Assembly: GCA_977030845.1 (NCBI GenBank)
Contig: OZ365110.1
Location: 31,124,001 to 31,188,000 of the forward strand
Length of the DNA stretch: 64,000 nt
Reading direction: 5' to 3'
Source of the DNA: Fimbriosthenelais zetlandica
Lineage: Eukaryota
In this document: piece after piece, positions 13,701-27,357 of the stretch
How positions within the stretch are numbered: position 1 is the stretch's first letter
Layout of the letters: every line of letters begins with the position of its first letter
Program-made: the position numbers and the translations under genes
The notes under the pieces: generated by a model
Seen by the model: the letters and a program-made list of their open reading frames with translations, nothing else
The model's database searches: none
Told to the model about the DNA's origin: nothing

Positions 13701-16015
13701 GATTCTGAGAGAGGTATGCCCCAACGCGAGAGATCCAACAAGTGAGCATTCATTAACGTTAGAAATGACGGGCCTCTTGCATTTGGATGAAAGTGATTAT
13801 TGAAATCATTATCATAATAATCCTAATCAAACTAAACTATATATTTTACTCAAAGAAAAGCAGATTCCATATGGGAAAGGGCCATGATCTGAGGGCCTTT
13901 ATCTCGTGGTGCCACCTCGCGTTAGAAACTAGAACGTCAAAGAGAACTCATTCCACATGGGACTATGTTTTCACGCGCAGTTGTGCCTCTTCATCCATCC
14001 AACTTCACTGCTTCCCGATCCTTCTTCGACACAGCCTCTGGATCTGAATAGAACTGGATATATTCCCCCGATTACACCGACAAAAACGATTTACTCTCAA
14101 ATAAGACAGCGATTCTCACGCTATTCCGTCATTAGGCAGGCCGAAACGACCCGATCGCCATCTTTGCCAATTCCAATCATTGTAAAACGTCATTCAAATG
14201 TTCATTTGACATGTCATATGCAAAGCTATTCTCCTCCTATACTTATCATATCTTGAGTATCTGGGGATCTTATCTATGTCGAAAAGGAAAGAAAAAGTGG
14301 AAGAAAAGGCTTATGTGTCATAAAGCCGTCTAAAACAATGCAGTCCAAAGGTTCGTGATCGAATTAAACTGCGTTCTTTTTTCGCCCTCCGATCGACTGT
14401 TGGAGCAGTGTGATGTATGGGTAACCCGCACGCTATGCTAATCACGAAATACTGGAAATTTCAGTATAGTACCTCTCCTGTTTGCTTTGGAATGGGTATA
14501 AAGGTTCGATGAGCTAAAAGGGGCACAATCAATTCACTGTGAGAGTAGTCCCGTAACACAGCGCTTTCTGGAAATGGCGGCGCAGCAAAGAACTATGTCC
14601 ATATAGGCCTCCCACTCACGCGCTTTGTAACAGGATAATTGTATGAATCCAATTTTATGTAACGCAAGAAGGAATGTACAGCATTGCGTCCCCCAATTGG
14701 TAAAACATTGCATACTTACACTTAAAGTTACAGGGGTTTCGCTGCCAATCTTGGGCCAAAAGTTATACGCAATATTTAACTGGCCCCGGAGAGGGTTCCA
14801 GGGTGAGGTAGAGCAGTTCTAAATACAATCTGGACATATCTGATAATGGTAATATAAAAAAAAGAGCACAGTTATAAAGGGCCTATTTCGCGGGAGAAAA
14901 TAGTGTAATTAAGATAACATTATTATCCATATTTGCGCGTCTCGATCAGTTTTGACATAATAAGTTTTTCATCTGCAGAAATATGATATAAAATAAGAAT
15001 TTTGGGATAATATTCCTCACTAAAACCTTATAAAGTACAGAGCTTACTCTTATCGGTAATGAATTATTTATATATATGACCCATTTTGTATTAATTAGAT
15101 ACATCTGCAGGCCGTGTATAATCAGGTATAACATGAAATTCTAATGATTGGGATCACCCCGTCAGTACCCATCAACATCTACACTGGAGGAACCATGGTA
15201 AACCTTTTCTTTCTTCTCCACCTCCTTCTCCCTTCCCCCATCCCTCCTGTTCCTCCTCCAGTCCTGCCCGGGGGCCATACACCATCCTCCGGGCGCCCGG
15301 GGCGAAATATGATCTCAGGCCTGTTATGAATAATGAATTATGAGAGAAATATCTATCAAAGTTTGACGCTTGTTTTTGTAATTTAAGTTTCAAGCAATGC
15401 CCAGGAGGGTGGATGGACGGTAGGGCCAATTTGGCAGGCTGTCAGGCGGAGTTGGGGGGAGGGCTAGGCCAGGCAGGCAGTCATTATTGCCAATTGCATT
15501 ATTCATATTACTGACGAATGTCTTGGTGATGGTTTGGCGAGCGATAAGCTTCTATGCACAGAGAATATAGCCAATACAGGTCACGATTCGGTGGTGTAAC
15601 ATGGACTAATGTTGGTGTTACATGCTTAGAGTTAGCATGAATTGAAGCGATTAAACACGCAATAAAGAATGAATTATGAGATTCACAGTAAGGTGCGTTG
15701 TTTATACGCCCAAGTCACTTCTTGAACCTGCCTATGTCATTTAAAATATATCTGATGGGGTAACCAATTTTGGACATCGTTCAAAACTTTGGATTGTTCA
15801 AAATTTAGAAATGTTAAGAACAGTTACTCTTATATTCTAATAATTCTTCCCATGCTCTGGATTTTCCATCGTATATTTCGTTATAGTAAACTCAACATTC
15901 TTATTTCAACCCTTCTGTAAACTCTCGTGAACATCGGTCGTCTTTCAGGGTCTATCTAATGGCCGGATCTCTCAGGCGCCATTATTACCATTTTACTCCA
16001 TTCTCTTGACCAGCT

Positions 16016-16074
16016 GTCGCCGTCTGTTCTGGTCGCCTGTCTCTGTTGTCGCCTCGTCGCCTATAACCATCGCC
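16016..16074 (+). repeat. Degenerate GTCGCC tandem array with 16/16/8 bp spacing
   Basis: GTCGCC at 16016, 16032, 16048 and 16056; ATCGCC at 16069. Confidence 0.7.
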
Positions 16075-19000
16075 GACCGCCATATTTTCCACCTGACTAC
16101 ATTCCTGTTGATTGCCACAAGCGGCAGGCGACTTCTTCACTTTGTTACAAGAATCGCCAACAAGCCAAGAGTGCCACTTGAAGATCAGTCGCAAGCTTTT
16201 GCTGACTTCTAAGTGTCCATCTCGCAATTAGTAGAATAGGGTTGGATAGGTTAGGTGGGCTGCTTAGGAATTCTGGAAACTGGAACTGGAAGGCAGACAA
16301 TAGTGTCCAGAAAAGAAAGGGAATTAAAAGAAAATGAAAAATTCAGGATAAACCCAGAAATGTTCCACAGAATTTAGGGATAATATTAATTTCAGAGATT
16401 ATACAAAAACTTTTATATACTGTATTGTGCATACAGCAGTCTGTGTATAATGTATAGGAGGATGGGTGTGGTTGTGTCTGTGCGCGCGTGCATAGAGCGT
16501 GTGTGGGGGAGGCCATCGCTGTTGGGGTCGATAGAGAATGGGTTTTTTGAGGAGTGTGAGAGGGTTGGTGAGGCGGGTTTGTATGGACGTGTCACTCAGT
16601 CCTACCCCCCACCAGAGACATCCCTTACACTTCATTTGATCTAAATGCCTGATGGATGACAACATGCCCATGACTTATTTCCCTCTTTCCCCCTCTCCAT
16701 ACCCCTTGGTTTTGTTATGGACTTCTCACTGTTCGGGATGGTGTAGGAGGGGGACGGGAACCCATTTTCCACCTTTTTAGGCTTTTTGTGTGAATTTGTC
16801 ATTGGACCAGAAAGTGGGCTGATATTTGAAAACATAATTATAACGTACGTTGCTGGGCGTGGATGCACGTGGCAACAATCAGATGGGAGGGGATATGTGC
16901 TCCTAATGGAGAGATTCAGTGAATAGGTTGATAACACTTAAGTTTATATTATTTTTCTGATAAAGTTATTGTATATAATTATAATACAATTGCATATGAA
17001 TAACCTGGGAAAACGACATAGCTAAACTTAGTATCTTATGGCCACTATATGAATCTAATACAGTTTGGATGGATTTTGACATTACCTTCTTTATAAATAC
17101 TTTTATCAGGTATAGGATGACAAAAGCACATGTTTCAATGGGATTTAAAATTACTATCATGGTGCAAATATTGGTCCCATGTAGACCATTTACAAATTCA
17201 CACTTATCTTCAGGTTAGCTTCCATTTCTCAGTAGGGACTGGCACCTTAAATTACCTTATAATGAGGAAAGGATTAAAATAGCCTCCCAGCTTCATTGGA
17301 AGTGGAATTTCATCCAAAGCAAAGAATGGTAATGCTCCTTAATGAGGTCGAGCAGGATTAGTCCAACTTGCTAAATGGGCTTCGCCACCAGAATAATTAG
17401 CCAGATTTCAAATTGTAAAGGATAGTCAGGGAATTGCAATATGAACGTTAAGACAGTATACAACACACTTGAGACATCATTATGGGCAATTCTGATAATT
17501 AGCCATGGGTGTAGATGACGTTGCAGCATAAAAATCCTGATTCCAAATGTTTCAATTTGACCCCATCTTTCCTTGCGAGACCAATTTGTCCAGAACAAAA
17601 AACAATGCTTCCAGCAATGAGAATTATTTATATACATTGGAAAGAGAATTTTAGTCAATTTTCTTAGGAAAATGTTGCCGTTGCGTGGCAACCATGGCCA
17701 CTTATACGTCAGGAACAATAATGACAATCAATAATTTCCAGTGTGGATGTCAGGGACGTGGCATAAATTGTGTGGCGGTGTAGAAGTTTTTCTGAATTCG
17801 AAATGAGGAAGGAATTTTAATTAAGGCGAGGTAAAGTCTCTTGGGAGAGAGGAGTTTTAACCTCTCAGCGTTGCCAGTATCGTGGTTCATCGGCCACGTT
17901 GCGTGTTGCTAAAGTTATCGAGAATTGAATGTAGATAATCTAAAGCGAGGCTCGAGTCACAAATCCACACACCTGCTAAATTTCCAACAGAGCATGTATG
18001 TATTTTTTAAATAGGAGCCTATACCGATAGTTAAAGATGTAGTTGAATGATGGATAATAAGATACATGCATGTATAGGCATATGGACAGCTTATGTAGGC
18101 CTAAGCCCTGTATGCCCTGTATTAATTATATGTTCTCAGTCTGTTCTTCTGGCAAAAGGGCTGATAATATAGCCCTATAGGCCTACTAAGGCCCAGAAAC
18201 AAAGAGTGAATGGAGGTATATTATGGTTATAGAGGCTCGAATTCAGACGTCCTGTCATGGTTTTCCGCCTTTGTCATGAATATTGATAGGAAATCGACGA
18301 CTTTTGAACCTTCAAACCAAGGAACCACGGAACGTCTTTCTTGTGTAGGGCGTGGTCCCCATGTTCCATGTGACGTCATCAATATCTGTGCTTCCAGAGG
18401 CGAACATAGGCCTTGTAGGCCATAGACCTCAGAGTAGAGAGAGAGAGGGAATTAGGCGAGAGGGAGGGGGAAAGGAGTAATAAATCATAACCCCAGCCAT
18501 CCGTGGGCCACCCCATATAGCACGATATTAATTATGGTTAAGTAGGGCGGATGGGACCACTGGGAGAAGTAATTACAAGGCTCAGACATGCTAATGATAA
18601 AACCGTTAATTGGAATTGCATGCTTCGTTTAGTCATGATAGCCGGGGTCTCAGTACTCTAATGAGATGGAGTAGTGGAGGGCTGGGTGGGGATTAGGGAC
18701 CAGATATAACTAATAGGATATAATCTTCCGATGATCACCTCTACATATGATGGGTCACTCTGGCAATATATAGGCCTCCTCTATATGCCAGAAATATGGC
18801 ACATGTCACTTCCGGCCTTGCTGATTAATCTGAATTGTGTCCTCTAACAATGTAAAAGGCCCAAGACACTAAGAAACATAAGATATATACGTATGTATAA
18901 TACGTGGTATATGGTATATATTTCGGATATAAAATTAAAAGGGAGGGCATAATCTTAACATCAATGAATTTCATGGATACTTTGAAGCTAATGTTGAAAT

Positions 19001-19665
19001 TATTGAAGTTGTTATAGATCTGTTGATAAACAAAGTATGTCCATTTGAAAGATATAGGAGAACATTCGTGTGCATATATAACAGTATCATCCATGAATTG
19101 TTCAAACCATTATTGATGAGCAGGAAGAGAGGTGGAAGAATGAAGCAGTAAATGCCACATCAGCTGGGTTCTGGCCTCGGGGCTGTTCCCTCCGCTCAAT
19201 GCTTCCCACCATCAAATGCCCTTGTTATAGCTACCCAGGTAGACCCACTAATCCCCGAGGGATCCTAGGGAGACTAACGAACGGTCTTGATCTCCCACAG
19301 CCCTGAGGCCTTTCAGCCGCTTTGGTGTCCACCCTCTGTCTTTCATGCCCATCCCTGCAGCCACCTCGGGGTCCCACCGCAAACTTCCCAGTCAACCCGT
19401 CCCTACGGAAGTGTTCCCCCTTTTAAAGAGGCCTCGGAGTGGTTGGCGGGATACCCGCCAGGTGGGGTGGCTTTATATGGTGTAATCAGGATTAGGTAAG
19501 CGCTTGTAGAGTAGCTTGGCCCTTGAGAGGAGCTCCTGTACCTCAGGGACTCTCAGAGTTGGTCCCTAACGAACGTTTGCCGTGTTTTGAGTCATAGTTC
19601 ACAATGGAGGGAGCCTGTATAGTGGCCTCGAGATCACAGGTTTTCATGGGGGCCTAATTGAGGTT

Positions 19666-19724
19666 CCCAACCCCCACCCCACCCCCTTTCCTCTTCCCAT
19701 ATCCCACTCCCAATCACCCCACCC
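19666..19724 (-). other. G-quadruplex-competent tract on the minus strand (9 C-runs on plus)
   Basis: CCCAACCCCCACCCCACCCCC...CCC..CCC..CCC..CCCCACCC. Confidence 0.6.
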
Positions 19725-22319
19725 ATAACAAGAGCTGTGAAAATACATCGAAGGTATAGCGAGTCGGGGCAAATGAATTGGGAAGGATCCAAAGGGGGTG
19801 ACTGGAGTCTCGAGAGACAGACGGACGCCAAAAGGTTCCAAGGCAGGATCTATAGGCGATGACCGCACTTCAAAAAGGGGGCTGGGTGCGCACCAAGTGG
19901 GCCTTGGCTTAGGATCATGTCTTTTCACCATAGACAATGTTTTCCAGCCGCGGGCAAGGCTCCCCAACAGGTCCTACGGGACGCTTGCTCCACACACTTG
20001 GTAGCCTAACAACTTAATAACAAGCCCTGGGAACATACAACACCAAACCTTTTAGTACAAAAGGCCCCGCCAAACATAATGAAGCCTATAGCCTATTGAA
20101 GTTGGGGCTATAATTAATATTGGAGGCGTGGCAAAGAATGTATAATGTGAGTTAACACGAAAAGCTTCAAAGGAGCATGAAAATTGGGGATAGAGGATCG
20201 AAGACCTGTATGTAGTCTATACTAAATTGTATAAAGCAATAACCAATGAGGGGATACAGAGTTCAATCTATTAATGAGAATACCAATTCGTCTTACCTTT
20301 AACTTTAACGAAGAGCTTCGAATCCATATACGTGAGGGTCACTTATTTGTTCAAAATATTTTCATTTCTTTTGAATTTCAATAATCAATCTTTCTTTTGA
20401 GGTCTGCAGACCACCCACTGCTACCACTACCATTGTAAATTGATAATAATCAATTGTTTTTTGATGGATGAGATATAGGGCTGCCTGCAAATTACTCTTC
20501 CCTCGTCTTTGTTGCCAGGGCAGCTAGGCCGCCCACTAAAATTGTCATTAACTGCGATAAAAACTGAAAAAACAACCAACTCACTCATGATAGGCAAGAT
20601 AGAGCTGCGACACGCCGGTATCGGCTGCAAACTGAAGCTTAGTTATAATATTCCGATCGATCCAGATAAACTGATTTTTAATTGCTTTTGGGGCCCTGTT
20701 GCAGGCTCCACTCCGGTATACTACCCCGGAGCTCGCGCCTGTCCTTCTGTCGTAGGCTACTCTATATGGCAGAAGTGGGTCAGAGACAGCGGTCTCTCCC
20801 TAGGGGAAAACTACGAAACTAATACTTTGTGGTTGTTCACGGAGAGGTTACTTTTATTTTTATCAATTAATATTCTGTATCGTGAATGACTTTTCTTTCT
20901 CCACTAGCAACTGAACTTTCCCCAATACTATAGCTCGCATAATAGTAGACTCATAACACTGCCTATAACTGTATTCTCCTATCCCCACCCCGTTATCATA
21001 TCATCGTCGTTAGACACTCTCTTTTCCCTTAGTGAACTGTTATTATTTTGTGTGAAAGTCAAAATAACATGAAAACTACAAGTCGAAAGGATTTCCATGA
21101 TTATTCTTTTTTATTTTCAAGAAAATGTAAACATTCATAATCAATTTACAACCTTGGACAATATCCTCTGCAATACTTTCCTTATTACGTACACACGGTC
21201 TCATTGTTTGTCATGCAAAATTGTTGGAGGACAAAATGTTATTATCATTAATTATATTGCACATAAGTACGCTCACATTCAATGGCTTAAGTACAATGTG
21301 AAGAATCCGCATGCAACCTTTCGTTTTGGGATGTATGTTATACACTTAACCAACCCATTACATAACACAAATCTTAACTCACTCAGAAATACAATTAGTA
21401 CAAAATATTTGCACACTTCTCCTCTCATGCAATTTATTATCAGTTGCAAAAGGCCGCGACCCATATTTCTGTTCAGATTAAAAGCATACAGATATGAAAC
21501 AAGCAATACTGTTTAGTCATTAAGCTATCATGGTTACAACACCAGAAATCGTGTACCCATCTAACTTAACGATATAAATAACATGAACCCAAAGGGCTTT
21601 ATGTGAAACATAATGTATCTCGTGACAAATGTATTTTCATACACCAAAACAACTCATAATATATATTAAATCGAATAAGAAACCATAAACAATATAAAAT
21701 TTATTAGAACTATTAATGTGTTATTTCTTAATATACCAGTTGAAACACACCGTCACCAGAACCCCTTTAAAATATGTACAGAATAACTTAACTATACAAA
21801 AATAAGATCCTTGTCTTCATAGCATATGTCTCAGATTATATTATTATAGAAAATACAATTATCCATAGGCCTACTCGCCATTCAATCATCTTCCCATAAA
21901 TACAGATCCGTGATATAGGGGAGCATAATTAATGGAGGAGGAAGAATCGAGGTAATTAATGGGTTAACAATCTTTCCTTAAAAATACAGGTTATGTCTCA
22001 TTGACTCATTGTTGTATTTTGTGCTGACATGAAACATTTGTCAACCTCTCAACTTATGAAAAAGGGCATGTAGCCTGCGTTATATCATCGCAAATACACT
22101 AATGGCAAACGAAAATACCGGAGATATTGCTATGTATGGGCTTAGCAGTCTCATCCACGCTCAATATTAGTCCCTTCTCTCAGTCTCTCTGACGCGCTCT
22201 GCAAGAAGTGGTAGTTGTAAGGTGCAAAGGACCATAATAGCACGGTATGCCAAACAAGGCCCGAACTGGGGGCAGAAAACCCAGAAATTACACGAGTGGA
22301 AATGAAGATAACCACTACT

Positions 22320-22360
22320 CCCCGGGTGGGAATGGATCCGAGGTCTCCAGGGAGCCAGGC
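22320..22360 (-). mobile_element. Possible tRNA-derived SINE head remnant
   Basis: Minus strand GACCTCGGATCCATTCCCACCCGGGG resembles a tRNA T-arm/B-box and acceptor end (GGTTCGATTCCC), with 2 mismatches in the box. No clear A-box. Confidence 0.25.
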
Positions 22361-23285
22361 CTGCTCTGTCGATCTTCTCTCATTGCCAAGCACTAGTCTT
22401 AACTCTACGACTCCAGTCCAGCAGCGACCGACAAAAGCAATCAACTCTGGTTACAACCCATTCCGACCAAGATTTAGCACCAAAAACATAGTATTCCAAA
22501 CATATGGGCGGATTTTCGTCTGGAGTCAATTGCCTATATTTTGCTATTTTTATCTATTTACCGAGAACTGGAATTCATTCTTACAGGGACACGTTGTTCT
22601 GTGTCATGGAAGTGTGTAAGGTAAACCAGGAAGGGGATAGAGAGGAGGGAGATGGTTATGCTTGGTGCTTGACGATAGTACTGGAAGATTATGGACATGA
22701 GTAACCTTGTGCATGGCTGTCATACCATTATAGGCTAAAATGGAACTCCATATGTCCAAGAATACCCTGACATGTCCTTCCCACCGAACTCATTCTTTCC
22801 CAGCTTCTCTTATTTCTTTAGGAAGGTAGAGGAAGCTTTATTCATCCCTAGCAGCATGTCCTAGGTTGTTTTGAAAACAGAATTTTAACCCCAAAATATC
22901 ATAGCCAGACCTTTCCGGCATTAGATTTTCTCTTCTTGTATAACGTACTGACTTTGCCCATAATTTAGTGTACTGTAGTACCTTTGGGTCCAAGACAAGA
23001 AAAGAATGAGGTAAAATAAGATAGAATACATGATTCAAGAAGCTACAGCAAATATACCCTAGGCATTTTATACATTGAGACACAATCACAAGACTTGAAA
23101 AAGTTATATCAAGATTTGCACATGGGGAAAAGAAATGACTTCAATATGTACAAAGGTCAAAGTTCATTTCCATAGAGATGTAGGATGCTATTAAAGAGAA
23201 GGAACAATACAATTATGTACAACATTGAATCATGAAAATATGTGTACAATTGTAGCTACATTTTGTATAGCATTTGTCAGTGAGT

Positions 23286-23291
23286 TTTATT
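23286..23291 (-). terminator. Candidate coe polyadenylation signal AATAAA
   Basis: TTTATT on plus, with several TGTA (CFIm-type) motifs 5' of it on the minus strand, in a U-rich, 3'UTR-like region. Other AATAAA hexamers are nearby, so this one is not unique. Confidence 0.2.
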
Positions 23292-26200
23292 TAGTACATA
23301 ACATGACATGTATCCCCCTGCATTGAGAATATAATATATAAATGTACAATTTTCGGTGATCGTGGAGAAAACATCATACATGATGCATTCAATGAGGGAT
23401 GCCTATGAAATCCATTCAAGTACATTGCATGAATTATTTTGTGGATCCTTACATACATACTGAATGAGCACGCGCTCATATCTTGTCCTGCATCAGAATT
23501 ATACACTGTCACCAATAACATGAACCATTCGTACCCACACAATCAACAGTCTCTAGTCAGATACCCATTGTCTTTTCACATAATTATGCCCCACAACAAT
23601 GACTGTTCAAGAGTAAGAAGAAATTTGTGAGGCTTATAAATACACAGAAGGGAAGGAAATGGCAAGAATAAATGCAGACCCATAACACATTTTCCAAATT
23701 AAAATAACATCAAAAGCTAATGATTTATATATTGATTAAGTTTTTGCTGCCTTTTTTCATAAAAAAGAGAGAGATAGGCCTATCAACTAGTTACTATAGA
23801 AAATATAATTCACCCTGCAGGCAGAACAATAATAAAAGAACAATAGAAACCCGGCTCTTGCGCATGGTCATTGATTGAACCAAGTGAAAAATTGAACTGT
23901 ATTAAAGTGTTTGCTATAACAGTAATAATGGAATTTTGATTTTCATACTATAATCGGATTTCTTTTAATTTTTATTACTTGGCTGACGTCAGGAGTGGGC
24001 TGCCATAGGACTGTGCACTGCATGTTGAGAACCCAAAAGGCGGCATACTGGTAAAGGCGCTACTATAACTCCCCATTCCTGCAATGGCAAAACATTCACA
24101 CAACCCACGTTAAAAAACAATCTTACTGGTCTATGCCAAAAGAAGAATGTCGAAGATGAATATGACTAAAACTCCTTTACAGTCAGAAGTTGGACATTAT
24201 AGAACTGCAGACAAAAGGACTTCAAGACTACAGAAGTCAGTGTCATGCATAAAGTGATCAAAGGAATTGCCTAAATATAGAAAAGGTTTGTGGGTTAGGG
24301 TAAAATTAGTCATGCAGAAACCACCATTGCATCCACATACTCAACGTCAGTGCACAGATCTATTATTTGCAAACATTTTGTTGCCCATTGCAGCTTTAGG
24401 ATTAGGAGAAGGGGAAAAAAGAATCACGTTTTAACAAACCAATGTGCCTTCTTTAGTGGTAATGCTAGATTTTACATTAACCTAAGAAGATGCACTCAAG
24501 ATTCACCTCTTTCTTATACGGAGTCCCCAGCTGGCAAAGTAATAATCGAAAGGGGATATTTGAAGAGGATGATGCGAGGCGATGCAAAAATGTAGCATAT
24601 CCCTGCCCATCTAACTGGGTATTTTTGTATGCTTTTCGCAATAGGCGCTTGCAACCGGTTAAGATTGCAATACTGGAAGGTCTTGAGTAACACATAAATA
24701 CATGACAGGTGCATTGGCAAGGCGAAGACTAATTTTGATAGATTACAATTAAGAGGAACCTGATTCTGTGGAATATCAGAGAGTCATTAGATCTATGCGC
24801 TGATTACCTTGGAGACTGGTAAGAAGAGGTGATCATTAGGGCCCCTCGTACATCATGGCTGATGCACCAAACAAGAATTCCATACATCAGCAGAATGGAG
24901 GAAGGAGGCTGTTAGCTCAGCCCTGTTTTTAACTCTCCTTAGTATCAGTCACCGAAAAAACATAAGGCAAAATGAATTAGCCTGAGTAATGAATGTGGGA
25001 GAGTGGGTGATAAATTGACAGCCATACATCTGAGCAGCATGAGCCAGAGGCTTGCCGAAGGAGCGTATGCTCCACCATGCACCTGGGACTTTCCTCATTT
25101 AATGGAATTTTCTCTGCATTAAACTGCGATTTCTTCATATTGACCACAAAGTGGTGTTATCCTCAGGCTCCCTCCTCCTCTTTCCACATTTCACCACAAT
25201 GGCTGGTGTATCATCCATCTTCAACCATAGCATGATCGAGGCAGGTGCAAGCCAGAAAGAGAGTTAGATTGAAATGATGGGAAAAGAAACAAGAAAAGCC
25301 ATTCACTTGTTGGATTAGAGAGTGGAAGCGAAGGCACTTGCGAACGTCTGAAAGCTGATCTATCTCAAACAGAGCCCATTTCCCATCAAACGCCATCACA
25401 AGTCATCCCACTTGTCAGTCACATTCTTGACCCCGCCCACCTATTGTCTCCGCCCATCTAATGACCTCTTTTCATTATCACCCAGGAAATTGGACTACAT
25501 GCCCAGAGACCAAATGGCAGCCCCTCTGTGACTTGAGAGTGTAAGCACTGCAGTAAAGATATCTCTAAACATCGCTTTCCCACAGACAGTTTTCCACCTT
25601 TAAGATAGGCCCTCTGAAAGGGATCACACAATTTTGAGAGTGATTAGCTTGACATTTCTCCATTCGATGGCGCACCAAAATGTGAGGCCTTACACAGTTT
25701 AATTGGCTTTTGAATGAAGGTCATGTTGGCCATAAGCCTTGGTCAAATGGCTGGAATTAAGCACTGGGCAGTGGTCAATACTTGATGGCACACTGGGACA
25801 ATGCTGTTGATGACCTGTCCATTCTCTGACTCATACTCTCCATGGAGACTGTGTACAGCACCGACTAATTACTGTGACGACATACCACTCACTGCCCAGA
25901 GAACACAATGTCCCTACCTTAATCCTCAAAGGGATCCAAACCCCAATAGCTAAACTCACATCGCTTTTATCCTTTATCCTCCACTTTTTCCAACATAAAT
26001 CCAATTGTGTGCTTTTCAAAGAGGAACGAAAGGCAATGAAATTTTTCACTGATCCTGACGTGGCTTTCAGCCATCTGTGTTCTGTAGCCCTTAGGTGACA
26101 ATCAAATTGTTAACAACAATGCAGCGGGAACATTAAGTGTGATAAATGCATGAAGTGGTTGGCTGGAGGAGCTAGAGAGAAATCCAATTTCCTCCGGTAA

Positions 26201-26958
26201 GCCAGAGACCCTTAGTCTGAGGTTGGATAACGATCGTCTCCGAATTGGGAAAATCAGATAGCGTTTCATGCTAAATTTCATTGCGAAAATCAAATCAGGT
26301 TTCTTTTGCCAGGGAATCATACAAGCAATTTGGCAATGACCAAATTTGTTTAATCAATTTCATGATCAATTGGATGTTTTGTCAGGCAAAGAGGATGCTG
26401 TGAAGTGACATTAGTCGGCTAGCTTTGGGCATATGGGCCTACAGGAAAGGAATTATTTAGAAATCCCAACACTGGTTTCCAAGAGGAAATAATCCCAGAC
26501 CAACACTCCATTGTCACTTCTTGGATTGGATTAACAGATTATTGATAGATTAAATCTCTCCTCTTACATAAAGATTGGGTTACAAGGAGGGACAACTGTC
26601 TGCAAATTTCATATTTTCTATCATGTACATCATGAAAAATGCACAGCAGGGAAATTGGGTTATTTCTTCTTTAACTGGGGATCCATGCAGTTACTTAGAA
26701 AAACTGGGCGATATCCATGCTTGGCCCAACTGACTAACCTTAAGCCAAGGTTTAAAACAAAAATAATAATAATTATTATTCAATCCTCATCTTATTTTGT
26801 AATGAAGTAAGGTCTCCACTAGCAAGCCCGATACGGCTTAAAGAAACACTGTAAGTTACTATATGTACATTTGGTTAAAACCCTTTAGACCATGAGAATA
26901 CTTGCAACATAAAATAGATCTGAATATAGCAGATGCTGCAGCAGAAGAAGAATGATGA

Positions 26959-26984
26959 AGTAGTAGTATTAGTAGTAGTAGTAG
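26959..26984 (+). repeat. Imperfect (AGT)n microsatellite
   Basis: AGTAGTAGTATTAGTAGTAGTAGTAG. Confidence 0.85.
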
Positions 26985-27064
26985 ATCTAGTGGGTGCTGT
27001 CTTGCACTTCAGATGTTGATTTCAGTTTAGCACCAAGAGGAAATGTTATTAAAGGGTTAGTATT

Positions 27065-27357
27065 TTAGTAGTGTGAGCTGACGTTGATTATAGGGTGTGC
27101 CCACCCACCTTGGAATCCGCCCATACTCATTGTGCCCCCACCCAATGGTACCACCCCTCCGGTGTATGTAGTAGCACCTATGGGTGGGGATGGGCTAGTG
27201 CTGTGTCGCACCACTGGCGCAAATGCACTTTTCTGTTTGGAGGCGGAAGAAGAGATCATATTGGCCGGAGAAAAGCTGAAAGCTCCATGATGCGATGCAG
27301 ACTGCATACTGCCTTGATGGCTAGGTGGTGGCAGCGAGGGTGAGTGAGAGGGAGCGA
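27065..27357 (-). CDS. coe: COE/EBF penultimate or terminal coding exon: IAPSHSPSLPPPSHQGSMQSASHHGAFSFSPANMISSSASKQKSAFAPVVRHSTSPSPP...MGGFQ(GGWAHPIINVSSHY*)
   Basis: Conserved FSFSPANM and KQKSAFAPVVR motifs. Acceptor TTCTCCCAAACAG. The 3' end is uncertain: TAA at 27067-27065 by read-through, or a phase-1 donor GTGGGT after 27109. Confidence 0.88.

Noticed and set aside
21255-25337. Seed matches on the coe strand for miR-92 (21255), miR-31 (23660) and miR-124 (25331)
   Set aside because: With dozens of conserved families and several kb of undefined UTR, a few hits are expected. Conservation data would be needed.
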